Shown one piece after another: positions 9,034 through 18,318 of a stretch of 64,000 nucleotides of DNA. The position numbers and the translations under genes were made by a program. Below the pieces are notes generated by a model, which saw only the letters and a list, made by a program, of their open reading frames with translations, made no database searches and was not told the origin of the DNA. Origin of the DNA: Deltaproteobacteria bacterium (GTDB taxonomy: Bacteria; Myxococcota; B64-G9); the NCBI GenBank assembly GCA_030622135.1, contig JAUXGL010000001.1:601-64600 (forward strand), read 5' to 3'. Every line of letters starts with the position of its first letter. Position 1 is the first letter of the stretch.

Positions 9034-10181
9034 CGCCGCTTATCTTTTTTCTGGTAGAACCGGGTCAGTATGATGCCGGCGAAGAAGCCGCCGATGTGGG
9101 CACTGAGTGCGACTCCGGAGCAGGTGCCCACCGAGCCGACCACCAGGAAGGCCAGCAACTGCCAGCCGATCCAGACGCCCAGGTACAGCCAGGTGGGAAC
9201 GTGCAAGACCGTCTGGATAACGAAAGTGGGGATGGTGGCGGAGGGGTACCGGACCAAAAATGCGCCCATGATTCCGGAGATGGCTCCGCTGGCGCCGACC
9301 GCGGGGATCTCCCCGCCCAGGTTGAACAGGAAGAAGATCAGGCCGGCTGTCAATCCCAGAAGCAGGTAGGTGCCCAAGAACTTCCAGCGCCCGAAGGCGT
9401 CCTCGATGGCGCGGGCGAATATCCACAAGAAGAACATGTTTCCCAGAAGATGCAGGGCGCCGCCGTGGATAAACATGTGGGTAAAAAAGGTGTAGATCCC
9501 CTGGCCTTCGGCGATCCGCGCGGGCGTCAAGCCGAAGCGCTCGAAGGTGGCTTGGGGAGTGTCGGGGCCGGCGATCTGATAGACGTAGATCAATATATTG
9601 ACGAGTACCAGAATGACGGACACCAGGGGGAATCGCCGTATGCCCACGCTGGTTCCGAGCGGCAGGATGATCTTGGGCAGAAAGAGCGAGCCGAGCATGA
9701 CCCGCTGGCTCGATTGGCGGCCCAGGGTGGCCAGGTCCTTTAGCGACTCGCGTTTCTTAACCGTCTGGGCGATGGCTTCCCCCAGCTTTTGCATGCGCTG
9801 CGATTCCCCGGGGTCGTGCAGATATCGAACCAGCGCGGAAAGCTCGCCCCCGTCGGCCCACTGGCCCCGGCACTGGGGGCAGCGGTCCAGCTCGATGTTG
9901 GAGACTCTCCCGAAGATTTCCGCAAGCATGGTTTTTTGGCACCGGGGGCACACGATCTCGCGGTGGGGGGTCGGCTGGGTGGGTGCCCCGGCCTGGGGAT
10001 CCAGCCGGGTCACCGACTGCGGCTGGGCCATGGCCTCGCGCATGACGTCGTCCAGCTCGCTGCGGTCGAACCAGATCCCGCCGCATTTTGGGCAAACGTC
10101 CACCTCGATCCCCTGGAAGGCGACCCTATCCAGGTTGGTTCCGTCCACCGGGCAAATTAGCTGGCCGATCGTGTCTGCCAT
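9030..10181 (-). CDS. Rhomboid-family intramembrane serine protease with N-terminal Zn-ribbon domains
   Basis: 383 aa; two CxxC...CxxC Zn-ribbon units (CPVDG...CPKCGGIWFD; CPRCQ...CPQCRGQWAD); C-terminal 6-TM rhomboid core with GASGAISGIMGA (GxSG) and SAHIGGF (catalytic His). Confidence 0.8.
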   Translation of the reverse strand: MADTIGQLICPVDGTNLDRVAFQGIEVDVCPKCGGIWFDRSELDDVMREAMAQPQSVTRLDPQAGAPTQPTPHREIVCPRCQKTMLAEIFGRVSNIELDRCPQCRGQWADGGELSALVRYLHDPGESQRMQKLGEAIAQTVKKRESLKDLATLGRQSSQRVMLGSLFLPKIILPLGTSVGIRRFPLVSVILVLVNILIYVYQIAGPDTPQATFERFGLTPARIAEGQGIYTFFTHMFIHGGALHLLGNMFFLWIFARAIEDAFGRWKFLGTYLLLGLTAGLIFFLFNLGGEIPAVGASGAISGIMGAFLVRYPSATIPTFVIQTVLHVPTWLYLGVWIGWQLLAFLVVGSVGTCSGVALSAHIGGFFAGIILTRFYQKKDKRR

Positions 10182-10218
10182 CGTGGTCGGGAAGAATACC
10201 AGATATTCCCCGAGGCGG

Positions 10219-10890
10219 CTACTTGAGCTCGACGCCGGTGCGCCTTCGTTCGCGGCGGCCCTCGTAGCCGGCCTTGCGCCAGTCGCGGGGTTCGCGGATC
10301 TCGTCCATGAGGTGGAGCCGGCCCTGGGCCTTCAGCCGGTCGTAGATGCGCAGCCAGGCGCAGGGGATCTCCGGGTCGATCTCGCAGTGGCCGTCCCGGG
10401 CGCCGCCGCAGGGGCCGTTCTGCAGGCTCTTGGCGCACAGAGTGATGGGGCAGATGCTCGCGGTGACGGTCAGCATGCAGTCGCCGCAGCCCTTGCACTT
10501 CTCGCGCCAGACGCCCGGCTCGTCGGCGCCGCCCATGAAGGTGGTGGAGAGCGCCGGGATGACCGGCAGGGGGTCGAAGACGTCGGCGACCATCTGGACG
10601 CCGACACCGCAGGCCAGCGACAGGATTGCGTCGGTGCCCTCGGGGATTTCCAGGTACTCTTTGAGTAGATCGTTTTCGCATTGGCGCTCGATGGTCAAAA
10701 CGATGAACCCGGGGGGTGGGCCTTCGAAATGCATGGGGTGGGAAAGGTCCCGAGCCAGGTCGTGAGCCTCGGCGTCGCCGCCGGCCCGGCAGACGGTAAC
10801 GCAGCCGCCGCAGCCCAGGACCAGCACCTGCCGGAATCCCTCGATGGAGGCGGCGATTTCCGCGATCGGTTTGAGATCGCCGACGATCAT
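10219..10890 (-). CDS. MetV-like (MTHFR C-terminal-domain-like) Cys-rich Fe-S/Zn protein
   Basis: Preferred start ATG 10890 (GGGAGG RBS 6 nt upstream) overlapping the upstream stop as ATGA. Cys clusters LGCGGCVTVC and CKGCGDC...LQNGPCGG...GHCEID...CAW match my memory of the MTHFR_C/MetV family signature; assignment from memory only. Confidence 0.5.
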   Translation of the reverse strand: MIVGDLKPIAEIAASIEGFRQVLVLGCGGCVTVCRAGGDAEAHDLARDLSHPMHFEGPPPGFIVLTIERQCENDLLKEYLEIPEGTDAILSLACGVGVQMVADVFDPLPVIPALSTTFMGGADEPGVWREKCKGCGDCMLTVTASICPITLCAKSLQNGPCGGARDGHCEIDPEIPCAWLRIYDRLKAQGRLHLMDEIREPRDWRKAGYEGRRERRRTGVELK

Positions 10891-11252
10891 GGCGTTTGCC
10901 TCCCGGCCTGGTGGCGCGCCCGGTGGCGTGGGCACAGAGGCTCGGCCAGGTCGACGAGCTTTTCATCCAGGGCTCCGGGCAGGCCATCGGTGAAAACCGG
11001 CTGGCCGCAGACCCGGCAGCGGATCAGCTTGAGGGTGACCACCTCGTCCCAGCGGTTTTCCAGCAGGTGCTGAAACTCCACGGCGCCCTGGGGGCAGATT
11101 CTCCAGCAGGTCAGGCAGCGTGCGCAGCGAGCCATGTTGTGAAGCAGCGCGCGGCTTTCTCCCTCGTCGCGGAAATCCAGTGCCCGGGCGGGGCAGTTCT
11201 GCACGCAGGCCAGGCAGCCGTTGCACTTTTCGTTGACCTGGAAGTAGCTCAT
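10887..11252 (-). CDS. 4Fe-4S ferredoxin-domain protein
   Basis: ORF-track ORF 10887..11546 starts with low-complexity junk; preferred start ATG 11252 (MSYFQVNEKCNGCLACVQNCP...CARCLTCWRICP = two CxxCxxCxxxCP motifs). Start overlaps IclR stop (ATGA). Confidence 0.6.
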   Translation of the reverse strand: MSYFQVNEKCNGCLACVQNCPARALDFRDEGESRALLHNMARCARCLTCWRICPQGAVEFQHLLENRWDEVVTLKLIRCRVCGQPVFTDGLPGALDEKLVDLAEPLCPRHRARHQAGRQTP

Positions 11253-12016
11253 GTCTTTCGCTCCAGCATGCTCCGGCCGATGGCGCCGGCCGTGCGTTTG
11301 GTCTCTTTCGCAATCCGCCGCATGTGCTCGGTGCTCATGCTGGGAGTGAATCCAACCACCCAGATGGCCGAGATCCGGCTGCCCCCGTTGGCAATCGGAG
11401 CGGCGACCGCGCGGACGCCCGAGATGTATTCCTCGTCGTCTAGGGCATAACCTTCGAGGCGCGCCCGTTCGACTTCCTGTAGAAACCGGGTTGCGTTCGT
11501 GATGGTGTTGGCGGTGAACCGGCGAAGTTTCTTGGCGCGGATCCACCGGCCGGCTTGGTCCGCGGGAAGCGAAGCCAAAAACACCTTGCCGATGGCGCCG
11601 GCGAGCAGCGGGATCCTCGTGCCGACCGGAGCGGTGATCTTCAGATCCTTGGTGGACTCGACTATGTCGAGAATGGTGACGGTGTTGCCGGAGCGGGTAC
11701 CCAGAAAGACCGACTCCTGGGTTTCTCTCATCAGCTCCTGTATGAAGGGACGGGCCAAGTCCTTCAGATCGATCTGGGCTTCGACTGCGCGTCCCAACTC
11801 GAAGAGGGTCGGTCCCAGCGAGTACCGCTTGGTTCCTTCGTCGCGAGAGACGGCACCCACGTCATCGAGAGCCGAGACGATCCCGAAGACAGTGCTCTTG
11901 CCGATGGGAAGCTGCCGGGCCAGGTCGCTTACCGTCATGCCCGCGTCGCTCTTAGACAACAACTTGAGTATCGAAAAGGCCTTCTTGACTATGGGGGCTT
12001 TATATTTGGTGCCCAT
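11249..12016 (-). CDS. IclR-family transcriptional regulator
   Basis: Preferred start ATG 12016 (MGTKYKAPIVKKAFSILKLL...): N-terminal wHTH (MTVSDLARQLPIGKSTVFGIV) and C-terminal IclR effector domain (GVRAVAAPI). ORF-track extension to 12451 looks like non-coding read-through. Confidence 0.85.
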   Translation of the reverse strand: MGTKYKAPIVKKAFSILKLLSKSDAGMTVSDLARQLPIGKSTVFGIVSALDDVGAVSRDEGTKRYSLGPTLFELGRAVEAQIDLKDLARPFIQELMRETQESVFLGTRSGNTVTILDIVESTKDLKITAPVGTRIPLLAGAIGKVFLASLPADQAGRWIRAKKLRRFTANTITNATRFLQEVERARLEGYALDDEEYISGVRAVAAPIANGGSRISAIWVVGFTPSMSTEHMRRIAKETKRTAGAIGRSMLERKT

Positions 12017-12128
12017 TGTTCGGTATAGTGAACAAACTCCCTCCCGGTAACATATCCCAACTGGCCCATTTGTCAACATTATTATTGACATAAGGGTGTC
12101 GGGTGCTATGCTCCCGGGTGTTAGTTGT

Positions 12129-12140
12129 TCACTATAGTGA
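12129..12140. promoter_or_regulatory. Perfect 12-bp palindrome TCACTATAGTGA in the divergent IclR / AOR-operon intergenic region; related half-site TATAGTGAACAA at 12024-12035
   Basis: Read directly: ttgtTCACTATAGTGAcc at 12125-12142 and, inverted, ggTATAGTGAACAAac at 12022-12037. Candidate operator for the adjacent IclR regulator. Confidence 0.45.
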
Positions 12141-12172
12141 CCCAATGATCCTAATGACCCAAGGAGCAGGGC

Positions 12173-12433
12173 ATGCCCGTAGACGACAAGAAGCAGTCGA
12201 CCGCCGAGGATCTGCGCAAGACCCGAACGTACGGAAAGTTCCGCTGTCACAATCCCAGTTGCATGGGGCGGCTCCAACCCGAGGCTTTGCAGCAGCAGGT
12301 CAAGTGCCCCGAGTGCGGGATGGAGTTTCGGGTCCACTGGATCCGTCCGGACTTCCCCCGCATCCGCGGTCCGGTCTGGGAGGTCAACCGGAAGCTGGCC
12401 GATGAGGCTTTTTTGAAACTGGAGGAGAAGTAA
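12173..12433 (+). CDS. Small Zn-ribbon protein (CxxC...CxxC), hypothetical
   Basis: 86 aa; CHNPSC...CPEC; ends 1 nt before the AOR start, so probably cotranscribed. Confidence 0.5.
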   Translation: MPVDDKKQSTAEDLRKTRTYGKFRCHNPSCMGRLQPEALQQQVKCPECGMEFRVHWIRPDFPRIRGPVWEVNRKLADEAFLKLEEK

Positions 12434-12434
12434 A

Positions 12435-14375
12435 ATGGCACTCAATCGCAAGATCGCCTATATCGACCTGACTAGCGGCAAGATCGAGATAAAGTCTATT
12501 CCCCTGGAGGTTCGGAGGAAGTTCATCGGCGGCCGGGGTCTGGACGCCTACCTGCTTTACAACCATGCCAAAAAAGGCTGCGATCCCCTGGGGCCGGACA
12601 ACCCGCTGATCATCTCCGGCGGGATTCTGACCGCCACGCTGGCGTCGGCCACCGCGCGCACGCACATCATGGCCAAGTCGCCCCTGACCGGGCTTCTGGG
12701 CTCGTCCAACATGGGCGGCTTCTTCGCGCCCGAGCTGGCCTGGGCCGGCTTCCACCACCTGGTCATTCGGGGCCAGGCCGAAAAGCCGGTATACCTGTTT
12801 GTACACGACGGCGAGATCGAGATCCGCGACGCCCAGGATCTGTGGGGCCAGACCACCACCGAGACCCAGTGGTCCATCCGCGAGGAGCTCGCGGACGAGG
12901 AGGTCAAGAGCCTGGTGATCGGCCCGGCGGGGGAGAACCTGGTGCGTTTTGCCAACGTGATGACCGGGATCAAGAACTCCGGCGGGCGCACGGGCATGGG
13001 CTGTGTTCTGGGTTCTAAGAACCTCAAGGCGGTGGCCGTCCGGGGATCCCAGGACATCCAGATTGCCCACCCGGTGGAGGCCCTGGAGTACAACAAGCGC
13101 TTCATCGACCAGATTACCTCCTCCAAGGTCAACCAGACCCAGGGGGCCCTGGGCACGCCCTTTATCTGGGGGGCCACCAACTCCTGGGGCGGGATCCGCA
13201 CACGCAACTTCCAGTACAATCAGCTCGAGTACGCCGACGACGTGGAGCCCGAGCGCATCGACGAGATCGCCGAGGAGACCATCGGCCCCTACCACATGAC
13301 CGGCTGCTTCGCCTGTCAGGTGCACTGCCGGGCCCAGTACAAGATCCCCTCGGGGCCCTACGCCGGCAAGTACGACGAGGGGCCCGAGTACACCTCCCAG
13401 GGTGCCTTCGCCGGCGAGCCGGATTGCAAGAGCGCCGAGACGGTGCTTACGGGCAACCACCTGGTCAACCAGTACGGCGTGGACAACCTGGAGATCGGCA
13501 GCATCATCTCCTGGGCCATGGAACTGTACGAGCTGGGGATTTTAACCCGGGAGCAGACCGACGGTCTGGACCTGCGCTTCGGAAACGACCAGGCCTTGCT
13601 GGAAATGGTCCACCGCATTTGCACCCGCAAGGGCTGGCTCGGCGACACCCTGGCCGACGGGGGCGTCCCTGCCTCCGAGAAGATCGGCAAGAACTCCTTC
13701 GACTATCTCATCCAGGTCAAGGGGATGTCCAACCTCCACTCCGACGAGCGGGCCACCCCCGCGCTGGCCTTGAACATCGCCACGTCCTCGCGGGGTTCCG
13801 ACCACCTGCGCAGCCGACCGGCCATCGACCTCTATCACCTGCCCGAGAAGGTTCTGAGAAAAATCTACTCGAGTCCGGTTGCCTATGACGGACCGTTGAG
13901 CTCCGAGCACACCTCTTACCAGGGCAAGGCCTGGCAGGTCTTCTGGCAGGAGAACTGCTACATGGCGGTGGACTGCCTGGGCATCTGCAAGTACCACACG
14001 CTCTTTCTGGGGACGACGCTTCCCAATTTCGAGGACTGGCCCAAGGTCATCTATTACAACACCGGCCTGGAGTTTACCCCCCGGGAGATCTGGGATGTGG
14101 CCGAGCGCGGCAACATGATCGAGCGCCTGTTCAACCTGCGCGAGGGGCTCACCCGCGACGATCTGAAAAAGGGCGACACGCTCAACCACCGCTACTTCGA
14201 CGAGCCCTGCCGGCGCGGCGCTCCCGACGTGGTGGGCCGGAAGATCGACCGGGACAAGTTCACGAAAATGATCGACGAGTTCTACCAACACAAGGGGCTG
14301 GATCCTAAGGGCGATCCCAAGCCGGAGACGCTTTTGCGCCTGGGCCTCGAGAACGAACCGTCCCATCTGGTGTGA
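12435..14375 (+). CDS. aor: Aldehyde:ferredoxin oxidoreductase (tungsten/molybdopterin AOR family)
   Basis: 646 aa; N-term MALNRKIAYIDLTSGKIEIKSIPLEVRRKFIGGRGLDAYLLYNH is the classic AFOR_N start; Cys ligands for the 4Fe-4S cluster (CFACQVHC); C-terminal AFOR_C-like region. Confidence 0.9.
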   Translation: MALNRKIAYIDLTSGKIEIKSIPLEVRRKFIGGRGLDAYLLYNHAKKGCDPLGPDNPLIISGGILTATLASATARTHIMAKSPLTGLLGSSNMGGFFAPELAWAGFHHLVIRGQAEKPVYLFVHDGEIEIRDAQDLWGQTTTETQWSIREELADEEVKSLVIGPAGENLVRFANVMTGIKNSGGRTGMGCVLGSKNLKAVAVRGSQDIQIAHPVEALEYNKRFIDQITSSKVNQTQGALGTPFIWGATNSWGGIRTRNFQYNQLEYADDVEPERIDEIAEETIGPYHMTGCFACQVHCRAQYKIPSGPYAGKYDEGPEYTSQGAFAGEPDCKSAETVLTGNHLVNQYGVDNLEIGSIISWAMELYELGILTREQTDGLDLRFGNDQALLEMVHRICTRKGWLGDTLADGGVPASEKIGKNSFDYLIQVKGMSNLHSDERATPALALNIATSSRGSDHLRSRPAIDLYHLPEKVLRKIYSSPVAYDGPLSSEHTSYQGKAWQVFWQENCYMAVDCLGICKYHTLFLGTTLPNFEDWPKVIYYNTGLEFTPREIWDVAERGNMIERLFNLREGLTRDDLKKGDTLNHRYFDEPCRRGAPDVVGRKIDRDKFTKMIDEFYQHKGLDPKGDPKPETLLRLGLENEPSHLV

Positions 14376-14386
14376 GGAGACACGTC

Positions 14387-14884
14387 ATGGCACAAAAGAT
14401 CCTGAAGATCGAGCACGAAAAATGCACCGGCTGCCGGCTCTGCGAGCTGGTATGTGCCGTGTGGCACCACCACGTCTCCAATCCCGCCCGGAGCCGGATC
14501 CGCATCGTCAAGTGGGAGTCCGAGGGAGTCTACGTTCCCATGGCCTGCCAGCAGTGCGAGGACGCCCCCTGCGCGGCCGCCTGTCCGGCCAAGGCGCTTT
14601 CACGCAACCAGGAGACGGGCCGCGTGGAGCTGGATTACGACAAGTGTATCGGCTGCCGCACCTGTGTCTCCGTCTGTCCCTTCGGCGCCATGCACTTCGT
14701 CCCCATCGACCGCAAGGTTATAAAATGCGACCTGTGCGACGGCGATCCCCAGTGCGTGCGCTTCTGCGAGGTCAAGGCCATCGAATTCGTCGACGAAGGC
14801 GATCTGGGTCGGCACAAGGGCCGCGAGGCCGCCCGGCGCATCCACTCAGCCGACAAGAAGGCCGCCGAATTGCAATCGGGATGA
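14387..14884 (+). CDS. Poly-ferredoxin-like 4Fe-4S protein (AOR electron-transfer partner)
   Basis: Preferred ATG 14387 (MAQKILKIEHEKCTGCRLCELVC...) with GAGGAG RBS 7 nt upstream; four CxxCxxCxxxCP-type motifs; stop overlaps next gene start (ATGA). Confidence 0.8.
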   Translation: MAQKILKIEHEKCTGCRLCELVCAVWHHHVSNPARSRIRIVKWESEGVYVPMACQQCEDAPCAAACPAKALSRNQETGRVELDYDKCIGCRTCVSVCPFGAMHFVPIDRKVIKCDLCDGDPQCVRFCEVKAIEFVDEGDLGRHKGREAARRIHSADKKAAELQSG

Positions 14885-15168
14885 AGGTCACCGTCGAATT
14901 CTTGAGCTTGCCGAACGTCGCCAAGATGATCGGCGGCAAGTCGGTAGCCCACGATTTCACCGGGGGGACCATCCAGGAGCTCGTCGGGGAAGTAGCCGCG
15001 AAGTACGGCAAGCCGGTCCGCGAGTTCCTCCTGGACGAATCCGGCCGGCTGGACGCCGGCTTCCGCGTGGTCCTGAACAAGCAGGAATGGTTGAACCACG
15101 ACCAGTTGGACCGGGCGGTGCAAGACGGAGATATCGTCACCATCGCCATGCTGGTCGGCGGGGGATGA
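14881..15168 (+). CDS. MoaD/ThiS-family small sulfur-carrier-like protein (C-terminal GG)
   Basis: 95 aa MKVTVEFLSLPN...DGDIVTIAMLVGGG: beta-grasp length, terminal Gly-Gly; translationally coupled to upstream ferredoxin (ATGA). Confidence 0.7.
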   Translation: MKVTVEFLSLPNVAKMIGGKSVAHDFTGGTIQELVGEVAAKYGKPVREFLLDESGRLDAGFRVVLNKQEWLNHDQLDRAVQDGDIVTIAMLVGGG

Positions 15169-15305
15169 GCCCCGACCCTGCATGGATAGCAGACGAAAGC
15201 AACGAGGAAATCGCGTGACACATGGAGAAATTAAAATTGACTTTAAGATGACCGAGGTGTCACTTTAACTCATAATCCATGGTCGGCTTTGGTGGGAATA
15301 TGTAA

Positions 15306-15920
15306 TTGGATGAGGATAAAAGAGGGATTGCCTCCATGTGTAGCAATAAAAACCTTGAGGGGATCGAGGAAGCACTTTCCTTGAACCGGTTGGTCATGGA
15401 ACTCGCGAAGAGAGGCGAGAAATTCTTCCGGCAAACCCACCCCAACGCGTTCTTCCTGGTTGTATCCTGCCCGCGAGACGGTGTACTTCGAAACGATTCC
15501 GGTATCAGGGCGGACTCCGATTTCTTAAGACTCAAGACCGAGCTGACCACAGGCGGTACTCCTCCTCCGGCGGGAAGTCCGGCCGGAGAATGGGCCATCG
15601 AGCTGGTCAAGACGGACCGGAACGTGTACAAGTCCAAGATTACCATTGGCCGGGCGCATAACAACGACATCGTCATCCGTATAAACAAGATATCCAAGCT
15701 GCATAGCGTCTTCAATCAGGAGAGAGACGGCAGTTACTCACTAGTTGACATGGGCTCGGTCAACGGCACCACGGTCAACGACGTAAAACTGGAAAAAAAC
15801 AAACCGGTCGAGATCAAAAACGGGGATATGATCACATTCTGGCGATACCAGTTCCAGTTCGTTGAACCTGAACCTTTCCTACAGCTTCTTCGCGATCTGT
15901 CCAGCAAGACAAGCCAATAA
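15306..15920 (+). CDS. FHA-domain protein in a low-GC islet
   Basis: 204 aa; C-terminal FHA (ITIGRAHNNDIVIRINKISKLHSVFNQERDGSYSLVDMGSVNGTTVN); local GC markedly lower than neighbours; start uncertain (ATG 15306 or downstream ATG). Confidence 0.6.
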   Translation: MDEDKRGIASMCSNKNLEGIEEALSLNRLVMELAKRGEKFFRQTHPNAFFLVVSCPRDGVLRNDSGIRADSDFLRLKTELTTGGTPPPAGSPAGEWAIELVKTDRNVYKSKITIGRAHNNDIVIRINKISKLHSVFNQERDGSYSLVDMGSVNGTTVNDVKLEKNKPVEIKNGDMITFWRYQFQFVEPEPFLQLLRDLSSKTSQ

Positions 15921-16066
15921 CCGCCATTGCATTCGCGGCCTGAGCCAACACGTCGATACAGCTGAGCGTATTATTGCTTTTTCGTGGGCTCGATCGCTCG
16001 TCCGAGAACAGCGTTACGCAACTTATTGTAGGGTGTGGAAAATCCCTATAGGGTCGGTTGTTTATT

Positions 16067-18130
16067 TCATTCTCGTCGTTTCAACATCCGACGACACAAT
16101 CCCAACAGGACGGCCAGGAGACCAGTTGAGAGCGGGTTTGTCGACGCGCTGCCATACAAACCGTTGTGGCACCCGCAGCCGCCACTAATGGCCGCCTCGG
16201 CATCCGCTGCACCGCCTCCGTCCTCGAAGTTTTCGGCGTTCGTGCCGGCGTCAAAGCCCCCATCATATCCGTCGTCGTATCCGCCGTCCGGGCCCGGGCA
16301 GGATTCCCTGGCCACGACCTTGACATTGTCGAAGGACGCGCCGTCGTTTCCCCACACATACAGCGCCACTGTTCCGTTTTGCAGACCATCATCCAGGACA
16401 GCTCCCGAGAATATGTCCGTGCTATCGAGCGTCACGGTATACCGGTTATCGACGACTTCTACGCGTAGCACCATGTCGGCGTTCTGGATATACCCTCCCG
16501 AGACCGCAGCCAGCGTCGTCTCCACACCGTCTGTTATTCTGAAGAGCTTGCGGAAGTTACGCTGTCGGTCGATGTCCACCTTGTAGTAGTTGGCCTCATC
16601 CTGGTACCGAAACAACACTCCCATGCCGTCGTCGTCGGTGGTTTGCATATGGACTGAAAAAACGTAATCGTCCCAGGAAAAGGCGGCCGCATCGCTCCAG
16701 TAGGCGAAGCTTCCCTGGCGATTCTCCGTGGCCGCTGTGTCCGGGCCGCAGATGTTCGAACTCTGCGCCAGCCGGCCGTCTGACCCGTGCCAGTCAGAAG
16801 GTGCCGAGATGGTACCCCGGTCCACCACCGTCCAGCCATCAAAGTCACCATCATCGAAATCATCGATTAAGAGCGCAGGTTCTGACATGAACATTGCCTC
16901 AGTGCCGGGCTCTATTACATTCGGAGGTGAAGCGCGATCGGTGACGTCGTTTACTGTCAGTACGTAGGTAACGCACTCGGTCAGTTGCGACGTGGTCAAG
17001 GATACCGTTCTCGGGTCCATTTCCAGAAAAGCAGCCAAGACCGTCACATCGCCACTGATGTTGTAGTTTGTGACCGTGGTTGAGTTGATTTCTTCCACTG
17101 GTTCGCTGAAGCGAACCTGGACATGGTTGTCGTCGACCACCAAGACCGAATCGATAGTAGGTGGCTGGCGGTCGTCGAAAATACCCAGGTTGTAGTATTC
17201 GAACCGGTGTTGAGGATCGGTGTTGTACTGAGCCAGATAGGGTGAATAGCTACTCGCCTCCAACCGGTCTTCCGCAGGATAAAAACGAATGATTCTCAAG
17301 AAGCTGTTGCCACCGTTAGCAATCATCTGGTAGTTGCACAGCATTTGATAGACAAGATTTCCTTTTACACCGGTATCCACCCGCCGTCCCTGCCCGTCGT
17401 TGAGCACGTGCCCGTTGAACACGAAGGCAGTGTTCGAATGGTTCTTCAAAAACTCTTCCCACATGTCGTCGCCGTTGTTCTCCCTGCCGTAGTCCGTCGG
17501 CACCCAGTTTTGTCCCAATCCGCTTTGGTGATGCAGATCGTCGCTATATACGTGGGTGTGGGTGACAACCATCAACCGGTGCCGGGGGTGATTCCGCGCA
17601 ACCTGGTTGGCCCACTCCAGAACCGTATCCCGCGGCCCGAATTCCAATGCAAAGACCAGCCAGTCGACAGAACCGGCATGGAACCGGTGATAGCAATTGT
17701 CCATTTTACCCGGCTCGAAAACATCTCCGAATGTGGGCAGGTTCTCGAACTTGCTAACCGGGAAGGTTTGGTTGAACTTCGTCGTGTCGTAGGGAGCGGA
17801 ACCCAGTCCGTCGTGGTTGCCCACCGCCAGAACGTAAGGCACGACCCCGTCCAAGAGGTCCAGGCTCGTCTTGGCGTTGGCCCAGCCGGGATCATCGTTG
17901 TCGTTGGTGATGTCGCCTTCGTGCAGGACGAAGGCGATGTTCAAGGAATCCTTATTATCCACAATCCACTGAGTTTGGATGTCAAAAAGCTCCGGCCAGC
18001 CCGCAAGGCCCGGCGTGGTGTACTTCTGGGTGTCCGGGAGCAGGATGATGCTGAACGGTTCCTGGGCCGACGCTTCCTGCGGCGCGAGAAGCCAGAAAAG
18101 CAGAATGACAATTTTCCCTCTTGAGTTCAC
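16067..18130 (-). CDS. Secreted calcineurin-like metallophosphoesterase with C-terminal lectin/hydrolase-like domain and MYXO-CTERM-like sorting tail
   Basis: 687 aa; signal peptide MNSRGKIVILLFWLLAPQEASA; metallophosphoesterase motifs (GDITND, GNHD, VVTHTH, GHV.ND); C-terminus GGCGCHNGLYGSASTNPLSTGLLAVLLGLCRRMLKRRE (Cys motif + hydrophobic helix + basic end). Confidence 0.75.
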   Translation of the reverse strand: MNSRGKIVILLFWLLAPQEASAQEPFSIILLPDTQKYTTPGLAGWPELFDIQTQWIVDNKDSLNIAFVLHEGDITNDNDDPGWANAKTSLDLLDGVVPYVLAVGNHDGLGSAPYDTTKFNQTFPVSKFENLPTFGDVFEPGKMDNCYHRFHAGSVDWLVFALEFGPRDTVLEWANQVARNHPRHRLMVVTHTHVYSDDLHHQSGLGQNWVPTDYGRENNGDDMWEEFLKNHSNTAFVFNGHVLNDGQGRRVDTGVKGNLVYQMLCNYQMIANGGNSFLRIIRFYPAEDRLEASSYSPYLAQYNTDPQHRFEYYNLGIFDDRQPPTIDSVLVVDDNHVQVRFSEPVEEINSTTVTNYNISGDVTVLAAFLEMDPRTVSLTTSQLTECVTYVLTVNDVTDRASPPNVIEPGTEAMFMSEPALLIDDFDDGDFDGWTVVDRGTISAPSDWHGSDGRLAQSSNICGPDTAATENRQGSFAYWSDAAAFSWDDYVFSVHMQTTDDDGMGVLFRYQDEANYYKVDIDRQRNFRKLFRITDGVETTLAAVSGGYIQNADMVLRVEVVDNRYTVTLDSTDIFSGAVLDDGLQNGTVALYVWGNDGASFDNVKVVARESCPGPDGGYDDGYDGGFDAGTNAENFEDGGGAADAEAAISGGCGCHNGLYGSASTNPLSTGLLAVLLGLCRRMLKRRE

Positions 18131-18318
18131 GAGCCGCGATCCTGACCTTTGCTACTGACAATCGGGGTTTGGCGAGATCTCCGTAAAATGAGACGATAGC
18201 ACAAACCCGGGTTTTTGGTGTATAAATCGGCTTCTTTGCCGATCCCGCAAGTGTCCGTTTTTGTGCCGTCCGATGCCCCGGGCGTTTCACCTGGTTTTCT
18301 TACTGCTGGGATTGCTGC

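Noticed and set aside
11249-12451. ORF-track 400-aa extension of the IclR gene and 219-aa extension of the ferredoxin gene
   Set aside because: The N-terminal extensions are low-complexity and lack RBS; internal ATGs at 12016 and 11252 give canonical protein N-termini and ATGA coupling.
12384-13460. 358-aa minus-strand ORF antisense to the AOR gene, and similar ORFs at 13542..14366
   Set aside because: Antisense to a gene with unambiguous AOR-family sequence; no domain features.
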